64,000 nucleotides of DNA from Octopus sinensis (lineage: Eukaryota). This document shows, in pieces, positions 27,883-40,055 of this stretch. Made by a program: the position numbers and the translations under genes. The stretch spans positions 40,176,001 to 40,240,000 of the forward strand of contig NC_043004.1 of the NCBI RefSeq assembly GCF_006345805.1. The letters are read 5' to 3'. Below the pieces are notes generated by a model, which was not told the DNA's origin, did not search any database, and saw only the letters and a list, made by a program, of their open reading frames with translations. The stretch's first letter is position 1, and the number at the start of each line of letters is the position of its first letter.

Positions 27883-28374
27883 TGGCACATTTGCAGAGGT
27901 ATGCCAAGAAAGAAAACAAAAAACACCATTTTCTTTTTAAAAGTTAAATTCATCACGAGTTGGTAGATATGTCTGAGCATATAAATATAGATTTTAGTTG
28001 AGACCGCAACGGCATCAACAATATCTCAAACAAGTATCGTATCGACAAATCGACAAGATCAATTTGGTTACAAATTTTACGCCAAAAACCACCTAAAAAA
28101 AAAAAATTAATAATTTAGATTTCTATCAAGAAACGAATTTCTTAATCGACTCAGTTACTGATATGTATTAGACACACACACACAGACACGCACACAGAGG
28201 CGATAATGAGGGAAGTTTCACGCAGTCTGAAAAAAGATGGTTCTGCAGTTTCTTGCTCAACAGCGAGCATAAACGATTTGTTTATAGCGTCGTACCTTGG
28301 CTCACCCCCCTCCGTCAAATCGAGACGTTGTTTGGTCAAAGTGAATTTTTTATTGTTGTTTGATCAAAGTGTTC

Positions 28375-28528
28375 CATGTACCACGTATCAGGTGTCGAAG
28401 TAATCGCAGAGCAACGTGAGATGGGGTGTTTTGTTCAAGAACACAACGTACCATTCGGTACAGGAAGTGAAATTACGCTCTCGCAAATGTCATTGCAACC
28501 CCATAACCACTAGGCCTTGCGCATTCCA
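28375..28528 (-). mobile_element. Diverged tRNA-headed SINE 5' part (related to the 59893-60136 copy)
   Basis: Reverse complement starts gtggaatgcgcaaggcctagtggttatggg; gtgttcttgaacaaaacac segment. Confidence 0.55.
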
Positions 28529-28612
28529 CACACACACACACCACGCCACAAACAGCCGCTAGAATGCAAAAATTGGATTTGAACTTGAAAACAACGTGTC
28601 AGATCGAAGATT

Positions 28613-29039
28613 GGATCTTTTCGGTTTGAATGGCAGTTTTTAACATAATTTCTAGGTAACTAAAGAATTTTAAACTTCGTATACTGGTAGAATGTGTTTA
28701 TAAAACATCTTTTTCTCTTCGCTTTATTGAGAAAATGCTATTGTTTGTAAGATATTTGTTGTTTTTTTCTTCAACTTCTGCAATTTCAACCAATCAATGA
28801 CCGTCTATTGAGGTAAACAACACTCTGTGCTGTATGAATATGTCCCTCGTTTAAGAAACAGATTGGGTTTATTTACATTTGTGAAGAAAAAAGGATACCC
28901 TTCCCCCCACCCCTAACCCTAACCAACCCTAACCCTAAAATAGATTGAAATGCAATAGATCGATACTAGGGTCATAATTATGGATGACAATTTCATATGA
29001 CACCGCTAGAAAAAACTGCCGTTCAAACCGAAAAGATCC
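28613..29039 (+). mobile_element. MITE, GGATCTTTT-TIR family
   Basis: TIRs at both ends; perfect TSD cgaagatt; four CCCTAA units at ~28912-28939. Confidence 0.95.
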
Positions 29040-29338
29040 CGAAGATTAGATATTAAATTGTTGACTACTTCTGTGTGGAGGTAGTTCCGTACTTGGCGTG
29101 TGTATTTACGAGGTGAGGAACATGTTAAAATGGAAACGGATAGATCTGGAGGAGATAGGCAAAAGGTGTGTAATGTGGAGTTGGATACAAAGCGGGCAGC
29201 GTAGATAAAGGCTCTTCTGCATTGAGATACTGCGTACGGAGCCATCATTTTTGAGTAAGAGCCATCTTAAATCATGGTAGCACTTGTCAGTTGCCCAGAG
29301 GCTTCTGTGGTTTGCTGTCAAAAAATAAATTCTTTAAG

Positions 29339-29567
29339 GCGGTGAGCTGGTAGAATCGTTAGCACGTCGGGCGAAATGCTTAGCGGTATTTCGGCTGCCG
29401 TTACGTTCTGAGTTCAAATTCCGCCGAGGTCGACTTTGCCTTTTAACCTTTCGGGGTCGATAAATTAAGTACCAGTTACGCATTAGTGTCGATGTAACCG
29501 ACTTAAGCCCTTTGTCTGTCCTTGTTTGTCCCCTCTATGTTTAGCCCCCTGTGGGCAATAAAGAAAT
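29339..29567 (+). mobile_element. SINE family B monomer with target-site duplication
   Basis: Full head-body-tail flanked by the 16-bp direct repeat aaataaattctttaag (29323-29338, 29568-29583). Confidence 0.92.
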
Positions 29568-30384
29568 AAATAAATTCTTTAAGACTCAGTGCATTGATTT
29601 TCCCGGGACTCTACAATGTTGCTATGGCGACTCTGTAGTGGAGAAAAGGAGACGTTTTCAAAGAGATCAGCTGCAATATAGGCGTTTGGTGAGTGGTTGA
29701 CATTCTCATGTTGTTGTCGGCCTTGTTTTCGTCGAAACAGCTGCGTATCGCTGAGTGAGCCGCTTATCTGTTGTGGGAGTAGATTTGGGAATATCATTTT
29801 TTGTTGTAAATGGGATGTGGAGGAACATACTTAAAAGGATGGGTTAGTCACCCATCTGGCTATTTTTGATGGGTCAAAATTGAAGCATGTGTTCTGCTAA
29901 GGATAACTTGCATAATGCAGGTGGGGGTCGGCTGATTTGACCCATGGGGTCCGGGGTGACATGAAGGGTTGCAGTGCAATAAGTTGTCGTACGTTAGATA
30001 GTGGACGTATGACCTAAGTGTTACATGTTGAATTTTGGAAAAGTCTTACATATTTCTACTGTTTCGTTTATGGATTGTGCTTATAAATGGTGTAAATTCT
30101 AACTTTTCCAGGTAGTTTCTTAAACATTTACTAACAGAACCAAGTGCAGCAATAACTATTGATATGAAAATGAGGTAGTTTTGGCGAAGCATTGTGTGGT
30201 GTAACTTCACGTAAGGCCGGAACAATGCGAGGAGGCACAAAGTAAGCTGCAGTTTTGCCTTGTATTTCTGTAAGCGAATTTATAATGAATTATAAAGAAA
30301 CTAGCTTTCCAAGCAGTTCCTTATAGATATTCCCCACTTCTCTGATTTTGGAAACGATGTTCACATCTTATTTCTTTCTTGCCC

Positions 30385-30476
30385 ACAAGGGGCTAAACAC
30401 AGAGAGGACAAACAAGGACAGACAAACGGATGAAGTCGATTATATCGACCCCAGTGCGTAACTGGTACTTATTTAA
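30385..30476 (-). mobile_element. SINE family B 3' fragment
   Basis: cccacaaggggctaaacacagagaggacaaacaaggacagac matches the family B tail. Confidence 0.8.
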
Positions 30477-30604
30477 TCGGCCCAAGAATTTTTCGAAGGG
30501 CGGGAACAAGATCAGAAGGGAATACAATTCCAGAAAAAAGGGCGTACTTCTTTTCTTGAGAGGGGACGTGTCCCTAAGCCTCCACCCCCTTGGGTCCGCC
30601 CATA

Positions 30605-30930
30605 ATACGTAACAAACACCATAAGTCGGGGCCGTATTTGTAATGTCAGTCGATTCGTCTAGCCGACTCGCAAATTTAATATTTTAATTATTTCAAATTG
30701 TTGCGCATATAGGTTATTGCAAATTTCTGTAGATTTCTTTTCTATATAGCATCTAATTTAACAGTGGAATTTTGCTCACGTCGTCTGGATAGAACTTTCT
30801 GTGAACAATTTGTGATTCCATTTGTCGTCGACAGCTCAAGTTCTTCACTAATCCTACATAGTTTTGGAGTTTTTGCAATTAAGTTTCAGGTTTCGTAGTA
30901 TTATTTTTTCCTTCAACCACCGTATGGTTT
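30605..30930 (-). pseudogene. hAT (Charlie/Buster-like) transposase fragment
   Basis: Minus-strand translation FASRLDESTDITNTA-(frameshift)-LMVFVTY resembles the hAT first catalytic Asp motif (xLDESTD...QLxVFVRY). Confidence 0.65.
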
Positions 30931-30990
30931 TCAAACATTTATTTTTGTACATTTGAAGATTTCAGTAATCTTCAAAGATCTCTCTCTCTC

Positions 30991-31099
<109 letters not shown>

Positions 31100-31238
31100 A
31101 CAGTAAAGATTTATCTACAGAGTAATCACGTCTAATACCAAGATAACTGTTTAATTTTTTTTCTTTCTATTCTAGACAATACCTGAAACTTTGCTGGGAG
31201 GAACTTGTTAATTACATCTACTCCAGTGCTAAACTGGT

Positions 31239-31943
31239 CGGTGGCGGCTCGTGTATAGGCACTGCGGAACTGCAGCACCCCCTATTTCCACTCGATATTA
31301 TCGATAACATTCAATATAATGAGTCCTTTTTTCTTTAATTCTTTCTTTATACTTGTACATTATATAATACTTAGGCTTAATGTCAGTAGCCATCCCCCTA
31401 GTTTATGGAAAAAATGCAAAAATCCTTGTATAAAACTGTGCGCTTCACAGTTCCAGCGACGCGGTGCTTGGCTGTTGTGCAAATGCTCACATGTCCGAGA
31501 TAGGAAGCTTCACGCTAGGGAGAGAGAGCTCTGTCGTTCACGCAGTGCTGACCCCAATGTACTGGTGAAAGGTAGTGTTTCTTTTTGACTCTGCGTTTGT
31601 TGTGCTTAGAAACGAGTTTATATTCTTGAATGTGATAAATTGTAGAATAAGATTATTATCCTGCTTCCAGCTAGTGTTGCTGCCAATATTTGAAAATAGG
31701 GCAGATTCCCCTCTCCTTATTTTGTGATTTCGTGCAGATTTTTGATAAAACAAGGGGGAATTCGTGGCGGTGTTCAGTGAACAAATCAAACACACTAACC
31801 GGCAGTGGTTAAAATGCGAACCGATCAAGTTTATGTATAAATTTTCTTTTTATATGTTTGTTTCCTTTTACACAATATTAAAAAAACGGCTAAAAATTTT
31901 CTGAAGCAGCACCCAAACTAATTTTATCTACGAGCCGCCATTG
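31239..31943. mobile_element. 705-bp non-autonomous hAT element inserted in a SINE B copy
   Basis: Termini CGGTGGCGGCTCGT / ACGAGCCGCCATTG; perfect 8-bp TSD aaactggt. Confidence 0.85.
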
Positions 31944-32084
31944 AAACTGGTACTTATTTTATCGATCCTGAAAGGATGATTGGCACAAAAATGACCTCGG
32001 CGACATTTGAACTCAGAACGGAAAACCATAAGAAAAACTGTTAAGCATATTGTCTGGAGTGATGACGATACTACCAGCTCACCG

Positions 32085-32468
32085 TGGAGGCGCAATGGCC
32101 CAGTGGTTAGGGCAGCGGACTCGCGGTCATAGGATCGCGGCTTCGATTCCCAGACCGGGCGTTGTGCGTGTTTATTGAGCGAAAACACCTAAAAGCTCCA
32201 CGAGGCTCCGGCAGGGGATGGTGGTGATCTCTGCTGTACTCTTTCACCACAACTTTCTCTCACTCTTACTTCCTGTTTCTGTTGTACCTGTATTTCAAGG
32301 GGCCGGCCTTGTCACTCTCTGTATCACGCTGAATATCCCCGAGAACTACGTTAAGGGTGCACGTGTCTGTGGAGTGCTCAGCCACTTAGACGTTAATTTC
32401 ATGAGCAGGCTGTTCCGTTGATTCGGATCAACCGGAACCCTCATCGTCGTAACCGACGGAGTGCTTCC
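32085..32468 (+). mobile_element. tRNA-headed SINE family D inserted into the head of a minus-strand SINE B
   Basis: A-box/B-box head tggcccagtggttagg...cttcgattccc; 12-bp TSD accagctcaccg. Confidence 0.88.
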
Positions 32469-32663
32469 ACCAGCTCACCGCTTTCAGATAACTGTTTATT
32501 AATTTAGCAAGCTTCAGCTTTTGCTCGCCAGATATTCGTTTATGAATTAAGCATACTGGACTGTGTCCGTTGTGTCTCCGAACGAAAATAAGTCAATATT
32601 GTAAAAAGGAAAAAGATTCATTATACTACCCACTCTCTTAAAATTTTTTTTGTGTGGAATTAT

Positions 32664-32872
32664 TCTTTTATTCTTTTGCTTGTTTCAGTCATTTGACTGC
32701 GGCCATGCTAGGCCACCGACCTCAAGACTTATTCTTTGTAAGCCTAGTATTTATTCTATCGGTTTCGTTTTGCCGAACCGCTAAGTTACGGGGATGTAAA
32801 CACACCAGCATCAGTTGTCAAGTGATGTTGCGGGGACAAACACAGACAGACACACAAACAAACACACACACA

Positions 32873-32935
<63 letters not shown>

Positions 32936-33095
32936 CACGGGCTTCTTTTCAGTTTGCGTCTACCAAATCCACTCACAAGGCTTTGGTTGGCCCGGGGCTA
33001 TAGTAGACGACACTTGCCCAAGGTGCCACGCAGTAGGACTGAACCGGGAACCATGTGGTTAATAAGCAAGCTACTTACCACACAGCCATTCCTGC
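32664..33095 (-). mobile_element. Full-length SINE family A with internal (CA)n
   Basis: Colinear with the 3548-4028 and 41242-41592 copies. Confidence 0.9.
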
Positions 33096-33174
33096 TTACT
33101 TTCCTATTCCTGTTATTACATCCAGGTTCTGCGGATGTTCTTTGACAAACTTAACCATAAGGAGATATTTTCTA

Positions 33175-33576
33175 GGATCTTTTCGGTTTGAACGGCAGTT
33201 TTTTCTAGCGGTGTCATTTGAAATTGTCACCCATAATTATGACCCTAGAATCGATCTCTTTTAGGGTTAGGGTTAGGGGTGGGAGGAAGGGTATCTTTTT
33301 TTCTTCACAAATGTAAATAAACCCAATCTGTTTCTTAAACTAGGGACATATTCATACGGCACAGAATGCTTTTTATCTCAATAGACGTCATTGATTGGTT
33401 GTAATTGCAGAAATTGAAGAAAAACAACAACAAATATCTTAAAAACTATACAATATTCTCAATAAAGCCAAGAGAAAAAGATGCTTTATAAACACATTCT
33501 ACCAGTATACGAAGTTAAAAATTTTTTAGTTACCTAGAAATTATGTTAAAAACTGCCGTTCAAACCGAAAAGATCC
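33175..33576 (-). mobile_element. MITE, GGATCTTTT-TIR family (opposite orientation)
   Basis: TIRs; perfect TSD attttcta; ttagggttagggttagggg internally. Confidence 0.95.
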
Positions 33577-34459
33577 ATTTTCTATTCTGTGCGTTAAAAA
33601 TTAACTAATATGTTGGAAAATATTGTAGAAATATTTTAAAACAATAACTGACTTACTGAAGTTATTCAAGACGAATTTATATCATTTAAATTGTATAATA
33701 AATTCAAAATAAAAACATTTAAAACTTTGTTTCTATATTCAATGAATTAATTTTATGATATTAGGTTAGTCTGCAAAATGGAAAACTATTAAGTCATTAC
33801 ACGTTGAGTTTACTCATTTGTCACAATTAAATTGTCTTAACAAGTGCCTACTTATTACGACAAAGCGCATTGCCAATATCTAATCTACTTCCAGTTCGAG
33901 AATTCAAAATCGCAGACTGTAAAAACACATTTGCATTAATAGCAGTCACAAAACTCCTTCCATTTTTTTGAATTGTTGATACATAACTGAACGTATCATA
34001 CAGAGTATTAGGTGTCGTATGAGACAAAATCAAATATAATACAATCCAATATATAAAAAGAAATCAATCATTATTCTAAACTTCTCCGTGTACTACGCTT
34101 ATGTCATCAAAAGAGGTAATAACTTGAATGGAGAAATATGTATATAAAGAGAGAGGAATGGGAAACACAGAGAGAGAGAGAGAGAGAGGTCTACATTATC
34201 AGAGAGTGATAGATAGATTTGCTACCGGAATACAAGTTCAAACGTTCAGTTTTGTCTTTTTCTTAACACCATTGATAAATGTATGTTTTAAAAACCGTCA
34301 TTTATAATCGTTGAATCAATGTCTTTCTTTAAAAAGAATTCTTCTTTCACTCAAACCTTTTTATGTATATCATTTCTTTATATCATTTATGTATATCATT
34401 TCTTATGTCGTCAGCTAAGAGAAACTTGAACTATGTCCGTAGAGATACAATTTTCGAAT

Positions 34460-35340
34460 TCCTAGTGTCATGTTTTGTTATCGACAAATTCATAAAGAAT
34501 TCAAAGCGTAGTATAAATGTTTCTGGTTTTTCTTTTTCAGCAGCCATAGATCGTTTTGGTTACGTTTTGAACGTTCTCTGGTACGTTATGACAACCGACA
34601 GGAGTCGTCAGTTCGAATCGAATGTTTCTGCCGACCTATCTAACCTGCTTAAGTACGTTTCGAACTCGCTCTAATGCTTATCAGGATCTTTTCGGTTTGA
34701 ACGGCAGTTTTTAACATAATTTCTAGCTAACTAAACACGTTTAAACTTCGTATACTGGTAGAATGTGTTTATAAAACATCTTTTTCTCTTGGCTTTATTG
34801 AGAAAATTCTATAGTTTGTAAGATATTTGTGGGGTTTTTTTATTCAATTTCTGCAATTTCAACCAATCAATGACGTTAAAAAACATTCTGTGCCGTATGA
34901 ATATGTACTTCGTTTAAGAAACAGATTGGATTTATTTACATTTGTGAAGAAAAAAGATACCCTTCCCCCCACCCCTAACCCTAACCCTAAAACAGATTGA
35001 AATGCAATAGATCGATACTAGGGTCATAATTATGGGTGACAATTTCATATGACACCGCTAGAAAAAACTGCCGTTCGAAACGAAAAGATCCGCTTATCAC
35101 CCCATATTTAACGGAATTATAGAACGTTTTCATCGACAGTTTAAAGCGGCTTTACAAGCATTTTCCAATTCAGATATTGTATTACTAGGTTTACGTACCA
35201 CTGTAAAGAAAGACCTATGTTCCTCTCCGGCAGAATCATTGTATGGTTCGGCACTTAAACTATCTGGTGAAACGATATTGGCTACAGTTACTCAACAACA
35301 TGATCCTACCAACTATAATGATCAACTAGGAAATTATATG
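34460..35340 (+). pseudogene. Ty3/Gypsy integrase fossil split by a MITE
   Basis: Removing 34684-35091 and one TSD gives ...MTTDRSRQFESN...AYHPIFNGIIERFHRQFKAAL...LLGLRTTVKKDLCSSPAESLYG. Confidence 0.8.
34684..35091 (+). mobile_element. MITE, GGATCTTTT-TIR family
   Basis: TIRs; perfect TSD gcttatca. Confidence 0.95.
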
Positions 35341-35399
35341 GTGGTGTAGCAATATCGTCTCTCAGTGCTATCTTCACTGTTTGAGAAGCGTATATAGAA

Positions 35400-36420
35400 T
35401 GACCTCGGTCGAGATTACAAACAGCTTTGGCTAGTTCAACATTGATGTAAACACTAATTCGATTGGCTGACACGTTGGTCTCTACTACGCTCGCACCGCT
35501 GGTTATAACTTGGCGCAAAATGTCTCGACTTATTTTCGCGCCATAGTTCCAAGCAGCCAATCACAGCTTTCCATTTCGGAAGTTCATTGGGAGCCATGTA
35601 AAGCCTATAAATAAGGTTTCTCAGAAGAATATTCGTCTTAGGTTTCCAGTCCTTCTCAGGGCGAACCTCTGACCACACAGAGCTTGTCTTAGGCTTTTAG
35701 TTCTTTTAAGAGCTAAGTCTCTGACCACACAGAGATACTCGACCAAGTTCCAGTTTCGAGGCAGGCGACTACCATTAATACAAGATGTTACAGATACCTC
35801 TCATACTGTTAGTGTGAAAAATCACCATGAAGAAAACGGTTACAAGATATCTGTAACTAGAGAAAAATAACCAAGCAGAAAATAATGAAGAAGCAGCAAG
35901 AACCAATCGACAAACATCGAAGATTTAAATTGTACACGAGACAACTACAGATTCAACTATAGCGGTTAGGTGAAATTCTCGCCACGAAGAAAACGGCTAC
36001 AGAAACATGTCTGGAAGTATATTCATATCAAGAGGAAGATAAACACAAGGAGTGATTCAATTAATCTCAACTGCGACATGCAATATCTTGATATGGAACT
36101 CTTACAGTGTACCTCATAAACGGTAAATCAATTATCTGTTCTTGGGTTCTAGTTTCTTCTAAGAACTAGCTTAAGCCATCTGTTATTACTTGTTGCCAAG
36201 CCGATACCAACAACATTAACTGTAAATCAAATCCCATCGTCATTTCACTGGTCAGTACCTTTTTACGCCTAACGAACACACAGACACAAAAACATGCGAA
36301 CACTTACAAACTTCCAACATCAAACATGATTGTAAAATATGTAAAATAAATAATGTATATATCTTAAAAAGAAATCTTGTTGTCATTCCAAACTTATGTG
36401 TATTGCCGCTGCATGTAAAA
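35400..36420 (+). other. LTR-like or promoter-like repeat segment downstream of the Gypsy integrase fossil
   Basis: CCAAT (gccaatcac ~35556), gcctataaata (~35603), internal direct repeat ctctgaccacacagag; no second LTR copy in the window. Confidence 0.35.
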
Positions 36421-36489
36421 TATAGTCAGTAAAATATATTATTAAGAATAGGATCACGTTTCTAATCAAAATAGATGAACATAAATGGA

Positions 36490-36960
36490 ATTTGTATCTT
36501 TGTGGTACCAGTGCCGGTGGCACACAAGAAAATCATCCGAACGTGGCCGTAGCCAGTACCGCATAGACTGGCCTCCGTGCTTTGGGGACGTAACAAACAC
36601 CATCCGATCGTGGCCGTCCGCCAGCCTCATCTGGCACCTGTGTCGGTGGCACATAAAAAAACACCATCCGAGCGTGGCCGTCTGCCAGCCTCGTCTGGCA
36701 CCTGTGTCGGTGGCACATAAAAAAACACCATCCGAGCGTGGCCGTTCGCCAGCCTCGTCTGGCACCTGTGTCGGTGGCACATAAAATCCCCACTACACTC
36801 TCAGAGTGGTTGGCGTTAGGAAGGGCATCCAGCTGTAGAAACACTGCCAGATCTGACTGGCCTGGTGCAGCCTTCGGGCTCCCCAGACCCCAGTTGAACC
36901 GTCCAACCCATGCTAGCATGGAAAACGGACGCTAAATGATGATGATGATGATGATGATGT
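36490..36960 (+). mobile_element. SINE 3' part with 64-bp internal tandem repeats and an RTE-like tail ending in (GAT)n; related copy at 60775-61075
   Basis: caccatccg at 36598, 36662 and 36726; tail ggttggcgttaggaagggcatccagc...ccatgctagcatggaaaacggacgctaaatgatgatg. Confidence 0.8.
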
Positions 36961-37846
36961 TACCTGCGTTAATAATGAGATCGCAGTCGATTAGCTTTTG
37001 TTCCAACCAATATCAACACTGAACTCACATATTTGAATGCAACGATGCAGTTAAGCACGTTTGCAGGCAGTTTATTGACCCGTAGCGTGTGTTAAAAAAG
37101 CTAAACCATCGTATATGGTTTTGGACATTCAGGAGAGACAGGCAGTCGATTTAAGCAGGCTTTCGTCGAGTCTATTCCCCTACTACAACACTCTCCTTTC
37201 TCTTCTGCCACAGTAAGACACTCCACACATAAACATAACGCATTATCTATCTACAATGCATTTCATATTGACAGGGTAGCTAAAAGTGGAAGAAGAGTAC
37301 ATTGGCCGGCACAAATACACACTCACGAAAAAAGGTTTTCTTTTTATAGTTCCCAGGAAAGAATCAAAAGACCTGCAGAACTTTGCATCAACAACTTTTC
37401 AGAGAGAAAGAGATATTGCTTATGTGCATTTTCACATCTCAAGAATCAAATGTTTCAGAAAAACATACAATTTCATCATACAATTTTCAAAATAGCCGAG
37501 GAATTTCAATGGGTACAGCAGGTGAGTATGCTAACAAAATATAGAAGCGCCGCAAAACCAACTAGTCCCAGAGGAATCTAGTAGGCTTAATAACAAAATG
37601 GTATAACAAAAACCAAAATTACTTTCTTGCAAAGATAAAAACGAAAAATAATGAAATTTAGAATACACCGCACAAAATTTGACATAGAAAGGATATATAT
37701 ATATATACGGAGATGTACTTGCATTGCAAGTGACCTGATCTGAGATCGTGTGCTGGAACGAAAACAATTGCAGCGTGGAAGGTATTTATAAGCCATTTAA
37801 GAAACACACAAAAACCGTTAGATTCACTTCAACATTTAAATTTAAT

Positions 37847-37895
37847 TTGCCAAAATATTTTCGTCGCTTTGAGACCGCGACCTGTTCACTGACAA
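37847..37895 (-). ncRNA. Candidate minimal type I hammerhead ribozyme, G3:C8 core variant (left arm)
   Basis: Exact reverse complement of 37917-37965. Confidence 0.6.
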
Positions 37896-37916
37896 AATTC
37901 CGTGCTGCATCTCATT

Positions 37917-37965
37917 TTGTCAGTGAACAGGTCGCGGTCTCAAAGCGACGAAAATATTTTGGCAA
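37917..37965 (+). ncRNA. Candidate minimal type I hammerhead ribozyme, G3:C8 core variant (right arm)
   Basis: Stem I TTGTCA/TGGCAA; core GTGAACA+G; stem II GTCGC/GCGAC; GAA; palindromic stem III AATATT; H17=U. Confidence 0.6.
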
Positions 37966-38171
37966 ATTAATTTAAATGTTGAAGTGAATCTAACGGTTTT
38001 TATTTCTTAAATGGCTTATAAACATTTTCCACGCAGCCGAAATTGCGAGGATGATCCGGTTCTTGACTGAAGATGAAGGCTTCGAATGTCCCGTCCGTGT
38101 TTTTTGTATTGTCTCCTAAATGTTTTGCGTTCTTGTCCCAGTTTGTATTTTTATATACATACATACATACA

Positions 38172-38235
<64 letters not shown>

Positions 38236-38238
<3 letters not shown>

Positions 38239-39270
38239 ACGAATTGAAGGTGGTAAAGGCTTAATACAACTAGAAAACTACTATAAAATATTCGCCATAG
38301 GATTACAGAAATATCTAATTTAGAATCAAAGAAAACTGATACAAATAGCCACACGGCATGAGCAAAACAAAAAACTGTTTCTGTCTTCAAGGAAGTTGAA
38401 AAATACAAGAAAGAGGCCCTTAACGCCTTACAGCTAAGATGAAAAATAAGAAACTACAGAAGCTGTAATGTAAATAAAATCTAAGCTGGAACTTCAAAAC
38501 ATTGTGATAAAACAATGGCAAGAAAAACCCTTACATAGCAAATACTGGAATATGCTAAACAGAAAAGAAATAGCAAAATATTCCAACACTGTCTGAGAAG
38601 TTAGAGACTCAAAGCAGAGACTGGTGGGTTCTTAACTGCAGCACAAGATCCCCACCAGAAATCATCAAAAGCACACAATGAAGAAAAATATAACTGCAGA
38701 ACATGTAGTGATGAAGAAGAAACAATAAATCATATTGTCTCTGATTGTCCAGTACTGGACAAGAAAGAATATACCCCTAGACATAAGAGAGTTAGGACTG
38801 AAAATATACGGTAGAAGTTGAGCAAGCACTATGGAATATCAACCGAAAAAAAAAGATGGTATAGGCACATTTCAGTAGAAGTTTCAGAAAATACAAAACA
38901 TCTATATTCTGGGATATGCAATACACACAGTCAGAGATCAAGGCTAATAAGCCAGATATTGTTGTTGGGGACCACCAAGAAAAACGACGCCTTCTAATCG
39001 ACATATCAGTCCCAACAGATATCAATGTATCTCTAAAAGAAATGTAGAGACTCTCGAAATACAAAGACATGAAAATAGAGATAATCCGAATGTGGAACCT
39101 GAAGGCAGAAGTTGTCCCTGTATTAGTTGGTGCTTTAGGTATGGAGAAAAAATATGTAGACAATTACATAACCAAAACACCAGGACTTATATATATATAT
39201 ATATACATATAACGTACAGGAAATAGCACTGAAACATACCGCGCAGAGCACTGCCATTACTATAAAAATG
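38236..39270 (+). mobile_element. Second R4/Dong-like non-LTR 3' fragment with restriction-like endonuclease
   Basis: RIEGGKGLIQLE, CRTC..EEETINHIVSDCPVL, ANKPDIVV..HQEKRRLLIDISVP..N, SKYKDMKIEI.RMW..VPVLVGALG. Confidence 0.8.
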
Positions 39271-39379
39271 ACAACATCAAGACAAACCACAGCACATATA
39301 CATGGCGTACAAAGCGGTGTTCGGTTGTGCTGTTGAAGCAGGTAGTCAATATAAGACTACTGAACAATAATGATGATGG

Positions 39380-39587
39380 CTTCAAATTTTGGCACAAGTC
39401 AAGTAACTTTTAGGGGAGTGGGGTTAGTCGATTCCACCAACTACAGTACTTGAGTGGTAATTTATCTTGTCGGTCTGAAAGGATGAAAGGCAAAATTAAC
39501 ATCGGTGGGATTTGAACTCAGAAATAATAATAATGATGATGATGATGGTGATGGTGATGGTGATGGTGATGGTGGTGGTGATGATGG

Positions 39588-39637
<50 letters not shown>

Positions 39638-39721
39638 GATTGATGGTGATTGATGGTGATGGTGATGGTGATAATAATGATAATAATAATAATAATAATA
39701 ATAGTAGTAATAATAATATTA

Positions 39722-39772
<51 letters not shown>

Positions 39773-39950
39773 GTTGTTTTATAATTTAGCACAAAACCCG
39801 CAGTTTTGAGGGGTAGAGTGAGTTGAATACATTGACCCCAGTATTTAACTGATACTTTATTTTATGGACCCCGGAGAAACGGAGGATAAACTCGATCCTG
39901 CTAAACATTTTGTCCGACGCGCTAACATTTCTGCCAACTTGTCACCTTGA
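39380..39950 (-). mobile_element. Two diverged SINE B pieces flanking (GAT/AAT)n
   Basis: gaaaggatgaaaggcaaa...atttgaactcag and gctaaacattttgtccgacgcgctaac...tctgccaac. Confidence 0.6.
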
Positions 39951-40055
39951 ATGGCTTCTAATTTAGATACAAGGCCCAGTTAGGCGATTTGTGTAGGTAT
40001 GTATTTGTAAGTTACATCACTCAAAAAGAGGATAGCAACGTCTTGAACATGTGTA

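Larger units (their letters stand above)
37773..38034. repeat. Long inverted repeat, ~125-bp arms with a 15-bp spacer
   Basis: 37810-37898 is the reverse complement of 37914-38001 except one T indel; outer ~35 bp imperfect. Confidence 0.97.

Noticed and set aside
28912-28939. CCCTAA repeats as a chromosome end or healed break
   Set aside because: Only 2-4 units and always at the same position inside the MITE.
35982-36014. cca-cgaaga...gaaacatgtc-tgg hammerhead-like string
   Set aside because: The core lacks U4 and there is no stem II pairing.
36598-36790. 64-bp repeats as a CRISPR-like array
   Set aside because: Contiguous tandem units without spacers inside a multi-copy SINE.
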